A stretch of 63,823 bases of DNA, filler included. It is 7 parts of 7 records of this genome, joined end to end, with 100 filler letters (N's around TTAATTAATTAA, not from the genome) between each part and the next. Parts side by side here need not be neighbours in the genome. Positions count along the whole stretch, not along the records: positions 29,327 to 37,477 come from SRR31147125_13231; positions 37,578 to 43,171 come from SRR31147125_13236; 5 more parts are not named here. One strand, 5' to 3'. Position numbers and translations under genes: made by a program. Below, in pieces: positions 31,761-40,630 of the stretch (positions are counted from its first letter, which is position 1; each line of letters starts with the position of its first letter). The notes under the pieces are model-generated. The model did no database searches. It had not been told where the DNA came from and was given only the letters and a program-made list of their open reading frames with translations.

Positions 31761-33923
31761 TTGATGAAAACAAAATTAAAAATGATCCATTATCAACTAT
31801 ATGTGGGGCTATTTTTTATATTAAATATAGCAAACACATACTTTTTAACAACACAAAGTCTCAACAAATATATTGCACCATTTAAGCATCATTTTTTTGG
31901 TGAGGTAAATGCATTCATTGGGAATTTTGCGGTATTATTACTAATTTATTTAATAGGAACAATGTTATTTAAGTCAGCTAGAAAACGTATGGCATATTTA
32001 ATAACAGTGACATTTATATTAAATATATTTATATTTTTACTCGGTGTATTTACATTGTTCTTTGGGACAGCTTTTTCAAAAGAAGCCTTTGTAATTTTTA
32101 ATAATCCAGCAGAAGGATTTGCAGCTTCAACAGCAAGAGAGATTTTTCATGAACTATGGTTTTATTATCGTATTCTTGTATTTATACCAGTCTTTACATT
32201 GCTGAGTTATTATATTTATTTAAGTTTTAAAGGATTTAGACATATCGTGATGAAAAGACATATCAAATCATATGTCATAAACATACTAGTAATTGCACTG
32301 TTATGGGTATCTAGTGCACAAATATTTATTCATACATTTAATCAAGACATTTCAGTGAAATCTACACTTGCATCTTATGCTACACAAAATTATGGTGTTT
32401 ATCCATTTTATGCAGCTAATCTCTTAGGTTATGATTATGACATAGATTTAGAAGAAGTGCTAGATATTGATAATGAAAGTGATATGGCAGAGCTATATCA
32501 AACATATAATAAAAATAAAGATAGTTATGTCAATGTGTTCAATCAACAAACATATACCAATCGATTAACAATAGATCAAGCCATTGATACACTTTTTGTT
32601 GATGAGAGTCTTTCAAATAATGATAATCTACATGGTATATTAGAAGGTAAAAACTCAGTATTAGTCCCTATTGAGTCACTGAATTATTTTTTATTAGAAT
32701 TTATGGAAAAAGAGTCACTAAAAAGTGATTCATCCATATTAGATGATGCAGTAACATTTATGAATCATATATTTGAACAAAGTTTTGTTTTTGAAAATAT
32801 GTATAACAATGTAGGTATGGGTGTCTCATCTGATGGAGAAGTTTCCATACTTACAGGATTGAATCCTACAGGGGATGAAACACTTTACTGGTCATATAAT
32901 GAAAAACAATATGAACTAGACTCGCTGATTAAATATTTCAATGAAGAAAACTATTATACAGAAGCCATTCATGGAGATGCTGCTGAGTTTTATAACCGCG
33001 ATATCATCTATCCTGCCATGTATGGATTTGATGATTACTATGCGATTGATGATTTTATTCGTGATGGATCAAACATTGAACAAGGATATCTTTATGATAT
33101 GGCAAACAATTTATATCATGTGAGTCCGTGGATCAGTGATTTTGAACTTGCAGATTATACCTATCAAAAAGGTTCAAGTTTAACAGAACCATATATGTTA
33201 TATCCGATTACAATGATGGGACATACACCTTATGATTTTGGTCCTTATGAGGATGCATATTTATATCCAGATTATGATGCATCAGCATTTGGTGATATAT
33301 TTGGCATCACCAATCGTTATATCCATTATGGGCCTTATTATTTAGATACGATTAAAAGATTTTTTATTGGTGATGGCAATACGGATCAAACATTAGATGA
33401 TACAGTTTACATTTTTTATAGTGATCACGGATCAGATTTAAAAAGTGGTGACATTTCAACAATCATGGATATGGATTATGATTTATTAAACGAAAGACAA
33501 ATGTTACAGCACATAGTATCTTTTATTTATGTACCAAGTAATGATGAATATGTAGACTATGGTGATTATCGCTTAAGAAAAGGATTATTAACAGGTACTC
33601 AACCTTTGGTACGTTCTGAAAATGATTTATATCGAACCATTGTAGAATTATTTAATTTTGATACAGAAGGGGATCTTTACTTTGGTGTTCATGGCTTAAG
33701 TGATGAACCAACATTTGCACTTGATAACAGGTTATTAGATGTTGTTTTAGATGATTATTTCTTTTCAATGAGAAATATCGAACAAGTCTATCCAAGTGAT
33801 CAAAGTGTTGATCAAGATGTCTATGATTATATTTTGACATATAAACTTTTAAGTGATTATATGCTAACAACTGGTGATATGCAAAATCAAATTAAAAAAG
33901 CGGTGAGTGATATTTATGGATAA
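31761..33923 (+). CDS. LtaS/sulfatase-like membrane phosphotransferase
   Basis: 5 N-terminal TM, then IES, GMGVSSDGE, IHGD..FYNR, MGHTPY and YSDHG, matching LtaS motifs. Confidence 0.82.
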   Translation: MMKTKLKMIHYQLYVGLFFILNIANTYFLTTQSLNKYIAPFKHHFFGEVNAFIGNFAVLLLIYLIGTMLFKSARKRMAYLITVTFILNIFIFLLGVFTLFFGTAFSKEAFVIFNNPAEGFAASTAREIFHELWFYYRILVFIPVFTLLSYYIYLSFKGFRHIVMKRHIKSYVINILVIALLWVSSAQIFIHTFNQDISVKSTLASYATQNYGVYPFYAANLLGYDYDIDLEEVLDIDNESDMAELYQTYNKNKDSYVNVFNQQTYTNRLTIDQAIDTLFVDESLSNNDNLHGILEGKNSVLVPIESLNYFLLEFMEKESLKSDSSILDDAVTFMNHIFEQSFVFENMYNNVGMGVSSDGEVSILTGLNPTGDETLYWSYNEKQYELDSLIKYFNEENYYTEAIHGDAAEFYNRDIIYPAMYGFDDYYAIDDFIRDGSNIEQGYLYDMANNLYHVSPWISDFELADYTYQKGSSLTEPYMLYPITMMGHTPYDFGPYEDAYLYPDYDASAFGDIFGITNRYIHYGPYYLDTIKRFFIGDGNTDQTLDDTVYIFYSDHGSDLKSGDISTIMDMDYDLLNERQMLQHIVSFIYVPSNDEYVDYGDYRLRKGLLTGTQPLVRSENDLYRTIVELFNFDTEGDLYFGVHGLSDEPTFALDNRLLDVVLDDYFFSMRNIEQVYPSDQSVDQDVYDYILTYKLLSDYMLTTGDMQNQIKKAVSDIYG

Positions 33924-34557
33924 AGTGATCAAAGAATCTAAATGGTTTATAGGGATTGTTTTATATATGTTTTTAACAGCTGTTTCAGGTTCTATATTAA
34001 ATGATGGACTAGTTTTGTTTTTAACGATTAATATGTTCTTAGCAGGCGTAGGATATGGGATAACACTTGTTTTAGTTTATATTAAAGAAAAAGCATATCC
34101 GAAGTGGCTAAGTATTGCTTTACTTGTGATATGGGTATTGTTTTTTCCAAATATGATCTATATCACATCAGATTTTATTCATTTACAAAACTATGATTTC
34201 TTTGGTATTTATAATCAAACCTATGTTTATCAGTTTTCGGATTGGTATGTATTATTCATTATATTTAGTGGTGCGATGATAAGTGCAAAATTTGGGATGC
34301 ACGCCGTGCAATTAATAAGCGATGTATTTCAAGTTAAAAGATATCAATATATATATAAACTGATATTGTTTGGATTATCAAGTGTTGGTATTTATATTGG
34401 AAGATTTATTAGACTTAATTCATGGCAAGCATTTAGAGTAGATATTATATTTACTGAAATATTTGAAAATTTTTCATTTTTTATAGGATTTGTAGCTATA
34501 TTTGTTTTCATACATTTTATTTATGATCTATTATTTTCAAAACATCAGTCAATTTAA
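33907..34557 (+). CDS. DUF1361 family membrane protein
   Basis: WVLFFPNMIYITSDFIHL, GIYIGRFIRLNSW. Confidence 0.85.
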   Translation: MIFMDKVIKESKWFIGIVLYMFLTAVSGSILNDGLVLFLTINMFLAGVGYGITLVLVYIKEKAYPKWLSIALLVIWVLFFPNMIYITSDFIHLQNYDFFGIYNQTYVYQFSDWYVLFIIFSGAMISAKFGMHAVQLISDVFQVKRYQYIYKLILFGLSSVGIYIGRFIRLNSWQAFRVDIIFTEIFENFSFFIGFVAIFVFIHFIYDLLFSKHQSI

Positions 34558-34561
34558 AATA

Positions 34562-34594
34562 ATAAGGGATAAACCGAATGGGTTTATCCCTTAT
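34562..34594. terminator. Bidirectional terminator between convergent genes
   Basis: ATAAGGGATAAACC...GGTTTATCCCTTAT. Confidence 0.8.
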
Positions 34595-34600
34595 GTTTTA

Positions 34601-35416
34601 TTAAAATATAAATATACTTAAAATAATCGTTATCAATCCAGCACATAAACAATAGATTGAAAAATAAATAAGATTTTTAACTTTAACATACTCATAAAGT
34701 AATTTAACAGATATTAAGCTAAACACAAAACTCATCACAAATGCAAGTATATATCCTAAATAATCAATGGATTCACTCGCTTGATAAGCTTCATAGAACC
34801 CAAGCAACATCACGGGTACTGAAACGATAATATAACTTAAGAATGAAAATTTTAATACTTTCTTGATATCTATTTTTTGGGTAAGTCCACCAATCATGGT
34901 AATACCAGATCTTGAAATACCAGGAAATACACCAAATGCTTGAAAAGCACCAATGATTAAAGCGTTTTTCCAAGTGATTTCTTTTTGCCAGCTGGCATTT
35001 CTTGTGTAGAATACATAAAATAGTAAACAACCGGTAACAAGTAAAGAAAACCCAACGGTTAATAAATCATCAGGCAGTATGTCTTTCATAAAAAAACCGA
35101 ATATACCAATAGGAATGACTGCGACTAATAATTTTAATACATATATAAAATCATCTTTAAATAGAGGATCTCTTTTTAAAAGAAATTGCCATGTACCAGA
35201 AATAAGGCTTGAAATATCTTTTCTAAAATAAAATAACAATGCAAGAAAAGAGCCTGTATTAGTCACCATAAGGAAAATTGTTAAATTGGATAAATCCATA
35301 TGAAACAATCGACTAAATATGGTTAAATGGCCACTACTGGATACTGGAAATATTTCTGTAATACCTTGAATAATACCTAATAATATATATTTTATGATTT
35401 CTATCAATCTGTCCAT
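34601..35416 (-). CDS. uppP: Undecaprenyl-diphosphate phosphatase
   Basis: GIIQGITEIFPVSSSGH, PGISRSG; ATG 35416 after a GGTGA SD. Confidence 0.93.
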   Translation of the reverse strand: MDRLIEIIKYILLGIIQGITEIFPVSSSGHLTIFSRLFHMDLSNLTIFLMVTNTGSFLALLFYFRKDISSLISGTWQFLLKRDPLFKDDFIYVLKLLVAVIPIGIFGFFMKDILPDDLLTVGFSLLVTGCLLFYVFYTRNASWQKEITWKNALIIGAFQAFGVFPGISRSGITMIGGLTQKIDIKKVLKFSFLSYIIVSVPVMLLGFYEAYQASESIDYLGYILAFVMSFVFSLISVKLLYEYVKVKNLIYFSIYCLCAGLITIILSIFIF

Positions 35417-35504
35417 GTTATCACCAATCATATTATAGCATAGATAATGATTGTATTTATGATAAAATATGAATAGACATGTATGATAGATGAAAGGCAT
35501 AAAT

Positions 35505-36392
35505 ATGAAAACAGTGATTAAAATCATAAAAGGTGGCTTCATTGGTATGGGTAATATTTTACCAGGTATTAGTGGATCAATGATCGCCGTTATTTTAAAT
35601 ATATATCGGGAATTAATTGATGCAGTTAATCAATTATTCACACATCCTATTAAAGCAATTTTGAGTATTTGGGAATATATGACAGGTGCTGTGATTGGTA
35701 TTATCATCGGTTTAATCGGTGTGAGTTATCTTCTTGATATTGCACCACTTCCAATTACACTTTTATTTGTAGGATTTATTGTAGGAGCAATCCCTACATT
35801 ATATAAAGATGTTAAAAAGATACCATTAAAATGGCATCACGGACTTGTTTTTGTAATAACAGCAATACTTATGCTGAGTGTACTTTTTATTAAACAAGGT
35901 GATGGTACAGATACAAGTGGATTTTGGTATAGCGTATCTGTGATTCTTGTTGGTATCATTTATGCGATTGCGATGATTATTCCAGGATTATCAGGCGCGA
36001 CAATGCTTATGGCATTTGGTTTTTATCAAATATTACTTGATATGGTGTCTAGTTTTAAAGATGCACTGGCAACAAGAGATTTTGATGCATTTTTTCAAGA
36101 ATTACCATTATTATTACTCTTAATGCTTGGCGCAATCATTGGTTTGGTTGTGATGGGGAAACTCATGGCAATTTTTATGAAAAAGTATCCACAACACTTT
36201 ATTTATGCTGTTTTAGGCATTGTGGTTGTATCTCCAATCAATATCTTGGTATTATTACAACAAGAAACCACATATAATGTTTATGATAAACCTTGGTATA
36301 TTTATCTAGTAAGTTTAGTCATGCTAGGTCTAGGTGTTTTATTAACACTAAAACTTGCAAATTATAATAAAAAAGAGGGGCAAAGTATATGA
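35505..36392 (+). CDS. DUF368 family membrane protein (polyprenyl-phosphate translocase family)
   Basis: Duplicated PGISGS/PGLSGA motifs; KGGFIGMGNILPG. Confidence 0.88.
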   Translation: MKTVIKIIKGGFIGMGNILPGISGSMIAVILNIYRELIDAVNQLFTHPIKAILSIWEYMTGAVIGIIIGLIGVSYLLDIAPLPITLLFVGFIVGAIPTLYKDVKKIPLKWHHGLVFVITAILMLSVLFIKQGDGTDTSGFWYSVSVILVGIIYAIAMIIPGLSGATMLMAFGFYQILLDMVSSFKDALATRDFDAFFQELPLLLLLMLGAIIGLVVMGKLMAIFMKKYPQHFIYAVLGIVVVSPINILVLLQQETTYNVYDKPWYIYLVSLVMLGLGVLLTLKLANYNKKEGQSI

Positions 36393-37254
36393 TAAAAAAG
36401 CGATTATTCCAGCAGCAGGATATGGCACGAGATTTTTACCTGTTACCAAAGCATTACCAAAAGAAATGTTACCTATTATTGATAGACCGACTTTGGAATA
36501 TATTGTCGATGAAGCCATTGATAGTGGTATTACAGATATTTTATTAGTTGTAAGTGGTAATAAAAATTCCATTGTAGATTATTTTGATAGAAACTTAGAA
36601 TTAGAATACACATTATTAGCACGTAAAAAAACATATGAATATGGATTAGTGACCAATATCGCACAAGGTGCTAATATTTATTTTATTCGTCAAAAAGAAC
36701 AATTAGGTCTAGGACATGCAGTTTTACAGGGTAAAACATTTATTGGTGATGATGATTTTGCAGTTTTATTAGGTGATGATGTTTATGTCAATGATCAAAA
36801 TCCGGCAACTAAACAGATGATTAATGCATACGATGAAGTTAAATCAAGCATATTAGGAACCATTGAGGTATCATTAGAAGATACACAAAAATATGGTATA
36901 TGTGATCCAGTTAAAGCATCAAACGATCAATTGAAACAACTAAAAAGTGTTGTAGAAAAACCAAACCCAAAAGATGCACCATCGCGATCAGCAATTGGTG
37001 GAAGATATATTTTAACATCAACTATATTTAAATATTTAGAAAACCAAGAAAAAGGTAAAGGCAACGAAATCCAATTAACAGATGCTATATTAAGACTGAT
37101 GCAAGAAGAAAAAGTCTATAGTTTTGATGTCGATGCAAGACGTTATGATGTGGGTAAGAAAACTGACTATATCGAAGCAATCATTGACTTTGGCTTAAAA
37201 AGAGATGATTTAAAAGAAGAGTTAATGACAATCCTTAAACGTAAAGTAAAATAA
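36389..37254 (+). CDS. galU: UTP-glucose-1-phosphate uridylyltransferase; the natural start needs a -1 frameshift at 36394-36400
   Basis: KAIIPAAGYGTRFLPVTKALPKEMLP, VEKP, EIQLTDA; ATG 36389 (ATGA overlap, GAGGGG SD) is out of frame by one base. Confidence 0.9.
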
Positions 37255-37259
37255 TATAC

Positions 37260-37288
37260 TTTACATTTTGAATAGACAAACATATAAT
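37260..37288 (+). promoter_or_regulatory. sigma70 promoter for the T-box leader
   Basis: TTTACA-N17-TATAAT. Confidence 0.7.
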
Positions 37289-37297
37289 ATAAGTAAC

Positions 37298-37477
37298 ACA
37301 AAGAAGGAAATAAGTAATCTTATGCATACTAATAGAGAGAACACGGGTGGTGGAAGTGTTTAGTAGACAAAGATGAAATCTATTCCAGAGTGGCGCTAAT
37401 CACGCCCGCTAGTCAGCGTTAATGACATCAATTGAGTGCTAGCTTTGCTAGAACTAAGGTGGTACCGCGATGATTCG
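37298..37477 (+). ncRNA. T-box riboswitch, probable Ile specifier, truncated
   Basis: AGTA, AGAGA, GGTGG.GGAA, GAA-ATC specifier (37378-37380), T-box AAGGTGGTACCGCG (37456-37469). Confidence 0.9.
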
Positions 37478-37577
37478 NNNNNNNNNNNNNNNNNNNNNNN
37501 NNNNNNNNNNNNNNNNNNNNNTTAATTAATTAANNNNNNNNNNNNNNNNNNNNNNNNNNNNNNNNNNNNNNNNNNNN

Positions 37578-38491
37578 TCTTCTACGATATCACTCAGATT
37601 CGGTTCCATAGAATATTCTATCCAATGATCGGGAGAATATTTACGAAACCAGGTCATTTGACGCTTGGCAAAACGACGGGTATTTTTCTGTAATTCGGAG
37701 ATAGCCATATCAAGATCACATTCATCCTCCAGATATGAAATGATCTCTTTATATCCAACTGTATTCAAGGCATTAAGATCTTTGGAAAAACCTTTATCCA
37801 ATAATTCTTGTACTTCTTTTACCAATCCGATATCTATCATTTCAAGAACACGTTGATTGATTCTTTTGTAAAGCAGACTTCTCTCAGGTGCCAAACCAAT
37901 AGAAATCTGGGACCAGGGAAACGCTTTTTCTTGTCCGGCAAAAACCTCGCTCGGTTTTTTTCCATTCATTTCCCATATCTCTAGGGCACGGCAAATTCGT
38001 TTTGGATTTTGTCCATCCATGTCCTTGGCATAATCCGGATCTATGGTTTTCAGCTCTTCATAAAGAGCCGGCCAGCCCTTTGCTTTAGCTTTATGTTGAA
38101 TGGCCTGACGAATATTTTCATCAGTACCAAGCTCATCTGATAGCATTCCGCGCACAGCTTGAACATATAATCCGGATCCACCGCATACGATAATGTTCTT
38201 CCCGGCTTTGATCTTTTCGTCAATGATCTTTCTAGCTTCAATACCAAATTCACCGGCTGAAAATGATTCGTCGAGATCTTTTTCATTGATGAAGTAGTGT
38301 TTTGCTCTCTTAAGTTCATCCTCGGTCGGCGTGGCAGTACCAATATTCATGTATCTGAAAACTTGCCGACTATCCGCAGAAATAATATCCGCATCCAGCC
38401 ATTCCGCCAATTCTAAAGAAAGAGCGGTCTTGCCACTGGCTGTCGGACCCATCAGGATCAGACAAAATGCTTTTTGAGGTCTATTTTTCAT
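37578..38491 (-). CDS. miaA: tRNA dimethylallyltransferase, 3' truncated
   Basis: GPTASGKT, ISADSRQV, GGSGLY, VGYKE, RRFAKRQMTWFR. Confidence 0.96.
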
Positions 38492-39329
38492 GAAATAAGA
38501 GTGAAAAATCGTAATTAGGAACTGAATGGGTCAAAGCACCGATAGAAACAACGTCGATGCCGGTTTTTGCTATTCCTTCAATTGTATCCAGGTTCACATC
38601 TCCGGATGCTTCGAGTAAAATATCGCTATGCTTTATGGATACAGCCATCCGCAATTCGTCCAGTGTAAAATGATCCAACATGATCATCTTGACCGGATAC
38701 TTGATGGCTCGTTCATATTCATAAAAATCCGTGACTTCGATCTCGATATCGAGTTCCCGGGGTTCGGCATACTCGATCGCGGCCTCCAGAGCCTGCTCAA
38801 GTCCACCGGCCCAGCGGATATGGTTTTCTTTGATAAGGATCATATCATAAAGTGCATAGCGATGGTTATGACCGCCGCCACATGTGACAGCATACTTATC
38901 GAGTATACGTAAATTAGGCATAGTTTTTCGGGTATCCAGAACGCGACAGTTTGTATCCTTGACTTTTTCAACGAATTTTGAGGTCAAGGTGGCTATCCCG
39001 GACATTCTGCCAATGATATTCAGAGCGGTTCTTTCGGCTGTCAGGATGGATCTTCCTTCACCGGAGATCTTTAGAATTGTATCTCCCTCCTGAAGGTGAT
39101 CGCCATCATTTTTCAAGCATTCAAGCTTTAGATCAAGATCGTGGAGTTCAAAGACCCGCTTAGCGACTTCAATTCCGGCCAAAATGCCTTCTTGTTTGCT
39201 GACGATCTCTGCCTCGGCATCAAGCTCCACATTCATGGCCAGGGAAGTTACATCCCCAGTTCCAATATCTTCTGTCAGCGCAGAAGCAATAATATTATCA
39301 ATGATGTTCCAGTCAAGCTGTGTTTTCAT
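38481..39329 (-). CDS. nadC: Quinolinate phosphoribosyltransferase
   Basis: EDIGTGDVT, ERTALN, DTRKT, HR..L.DMILIKENH, EASG, GALTHS. Confidence 0.96.
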   Translation of the reverse strand: MKTQLDWNIIDNIIASALTEDIGTGDVTSLAMNVELDAEAEIVSKQEGILAGIEVAKRVFELHDLDLKLECLKNDGDHLQEGDTILKISGEGRSILTAERTALNIIGRMSGIATLTSKFVEKVKDTNCRVLDTRKTMPNLRILDKYAVTCGGGHNHRYALYDMILIKENHIRWAGGLEQALEAAIEYAEPRELDIEIEVTDFYEYERAIKYPVKMIMLDHFTLDELRMAVSIKHSDILLEASGDVNLDTIEGIAKTGIDVVSIGALTHSVPNYDFSLLFHEK

Positions 39330-39339
39330 TGTTTTCTCA

Positions 39340-40533
39340 CTATTTTTTGATCACCAATTCATCATGGCATTCACCGGTGACTGTGTAACTCTTATAGATC
39401 AATCGTTTTTTAGTAAATTCAATGGTTTGATAATATTGCAAACCTTCTTCGCCTTTTTTGGCATAAAGATCATCAAATTGAGATTTGATAGGATACATTT
39501 TCTGTCCAGAGACCGAGATTACGTAATTTACACCATCTTTTGATTTCTTCATGATCTCACCTTGTTTCAGTGGGTAGGTTCTGGTATAAGCATGATCATG
39601 ACCTTGAAGAACCAATTGCACACCATATTTTTCAAATAAGGGTGTGAATAATTCTCTCATTTCGGGATAATTTCGCTCCCATCCGCAAGGGTAAAACGGT
39701 TGATGGATTCCGGCTATTGTCCATTGATTAGGATTGTCTTTCAAAATCTTTTCAAGCCATTGAGCTTGTTCTTTCAGTTTTTCATTACCATTCAGAATAA
39801 TAAAACGTACTCCCTGATAATCAAGATAGTAACAGGTTTCTTCCAGACCCTCCGGTCCGTTTTCCGGCTGAGTGACATGAGGTTGCCAAGTTGGCGGCAA
39901 TTCATCGCGATGATCGCGATATGCCCATAGATATGCATGATTACCCACAGCCATGATATGTGGATAGCTTGCAAAAACATTCTGCCCACCCTCAAAGTAT
40001 GCATCCCATTGCCAATCTTCATAGGGATAATCTACCAGATCACCGGCAACAAACCAGAGATCAGCATTGGGGGCAGTTTTAACAGCAGCCTGATATAATC
40101 TTGGTAAATAGGTTTTATATCCATATTGCGGATCACCGAGGTATACCATTTTGAAATTATAGTTTTCTTCTTTGGCCGTTGTAAAAACATACCAAGGAGA
40201 ACTATCCATATGGTCACCTACCCGATAAACATATTGAGTGTTTGGTTTTAGGTCTTTCAAAACAACTGAACAAGCGTAATGAGCAAGTGTTTTAGTTGTA
40301 TCTGTATAGACGATTTCAAGGTCAACATTTTTAGTAGTTGCGCGGGTATGAATTTTAACATCATCTGCGTTTTCAGCATATTCTACAAACGCTAAGTCTA
40401 CTTTTTCGTAAAATCTGAATGTTATCGCCATTGATGTTTCAGGTTCTTCAGTCAAATTAAGAATTATACGTTGTGGTTCAACTGCAAGAGCAACAACAGT
40501 TAGTGCAAGCACAATAATTAATATCTTTTTCAT
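39340..40533 (-). CDS. Secreted purple acid phosphatase-like metallophosphoesterase (FN3 plus metallophos)
   Basis: Signal peptide; LKPNTQYVYRVG; GDPQ, AGDLV, GNH, HQP, GHDH. Confidence 0.9.
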   Translation of the reverse strand: MKKILIIVLALTVVALAVEPQRIILNLTEEPETSMAITFRFYEKVDLAFVEYAENADDVKIHTRATTKNVDLEIVYTDTTKTLAHYACSVVLKDLKPNTQYVYRVGDHMDSSPWYVFTTAKEENYNFKMVYLGDPQYGYKTYLPRLYQAAVKTAPNADLWFVAGDLVDYPYEDWQWDAYFEGGQNVFASYPHIMAVGNHAYLWAYRDHRDELPPTWQPHVTQPENGPEGLEETCYYLDYQGVRFIILNGNEKLKEQAQWLEKILKDNPNQWTIAGIHQPFYPCGWERNYPEMRELFTPLFEKYGVQLVLQGHDHAYTRTYPLKQGEIMKKSKDGVNYVISVSGQKMYPIKSQFDDLYAKKGEEGLQYYQTIEFTKKRLIYKSYTVTGECHDELVIKK

Positions 40534-40597
40534 GTTTATCCTTCTTTATACGTATTATGACCTAATTTACGATTTTAGGACATTTTTCAAATAGTAA

Positions 40598-40630
40598 TTA
40601 CTACTTACTACCTACTTATTACTACTTACT
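40598..40630. repeat. Degenerate heptamer tandem repeat (TTACTAC)
   Basis: TTACTAC TTACTAC CTACTTA TTACTAC TTACT. Confidence 0.6.

Noticed and set aside
36355-36388. TTG start for galU given by the ORF track
   Set aside because: No SD, a non-homologous N-terminal extension and overlap with DUF368; ATG 36389 is better supported.
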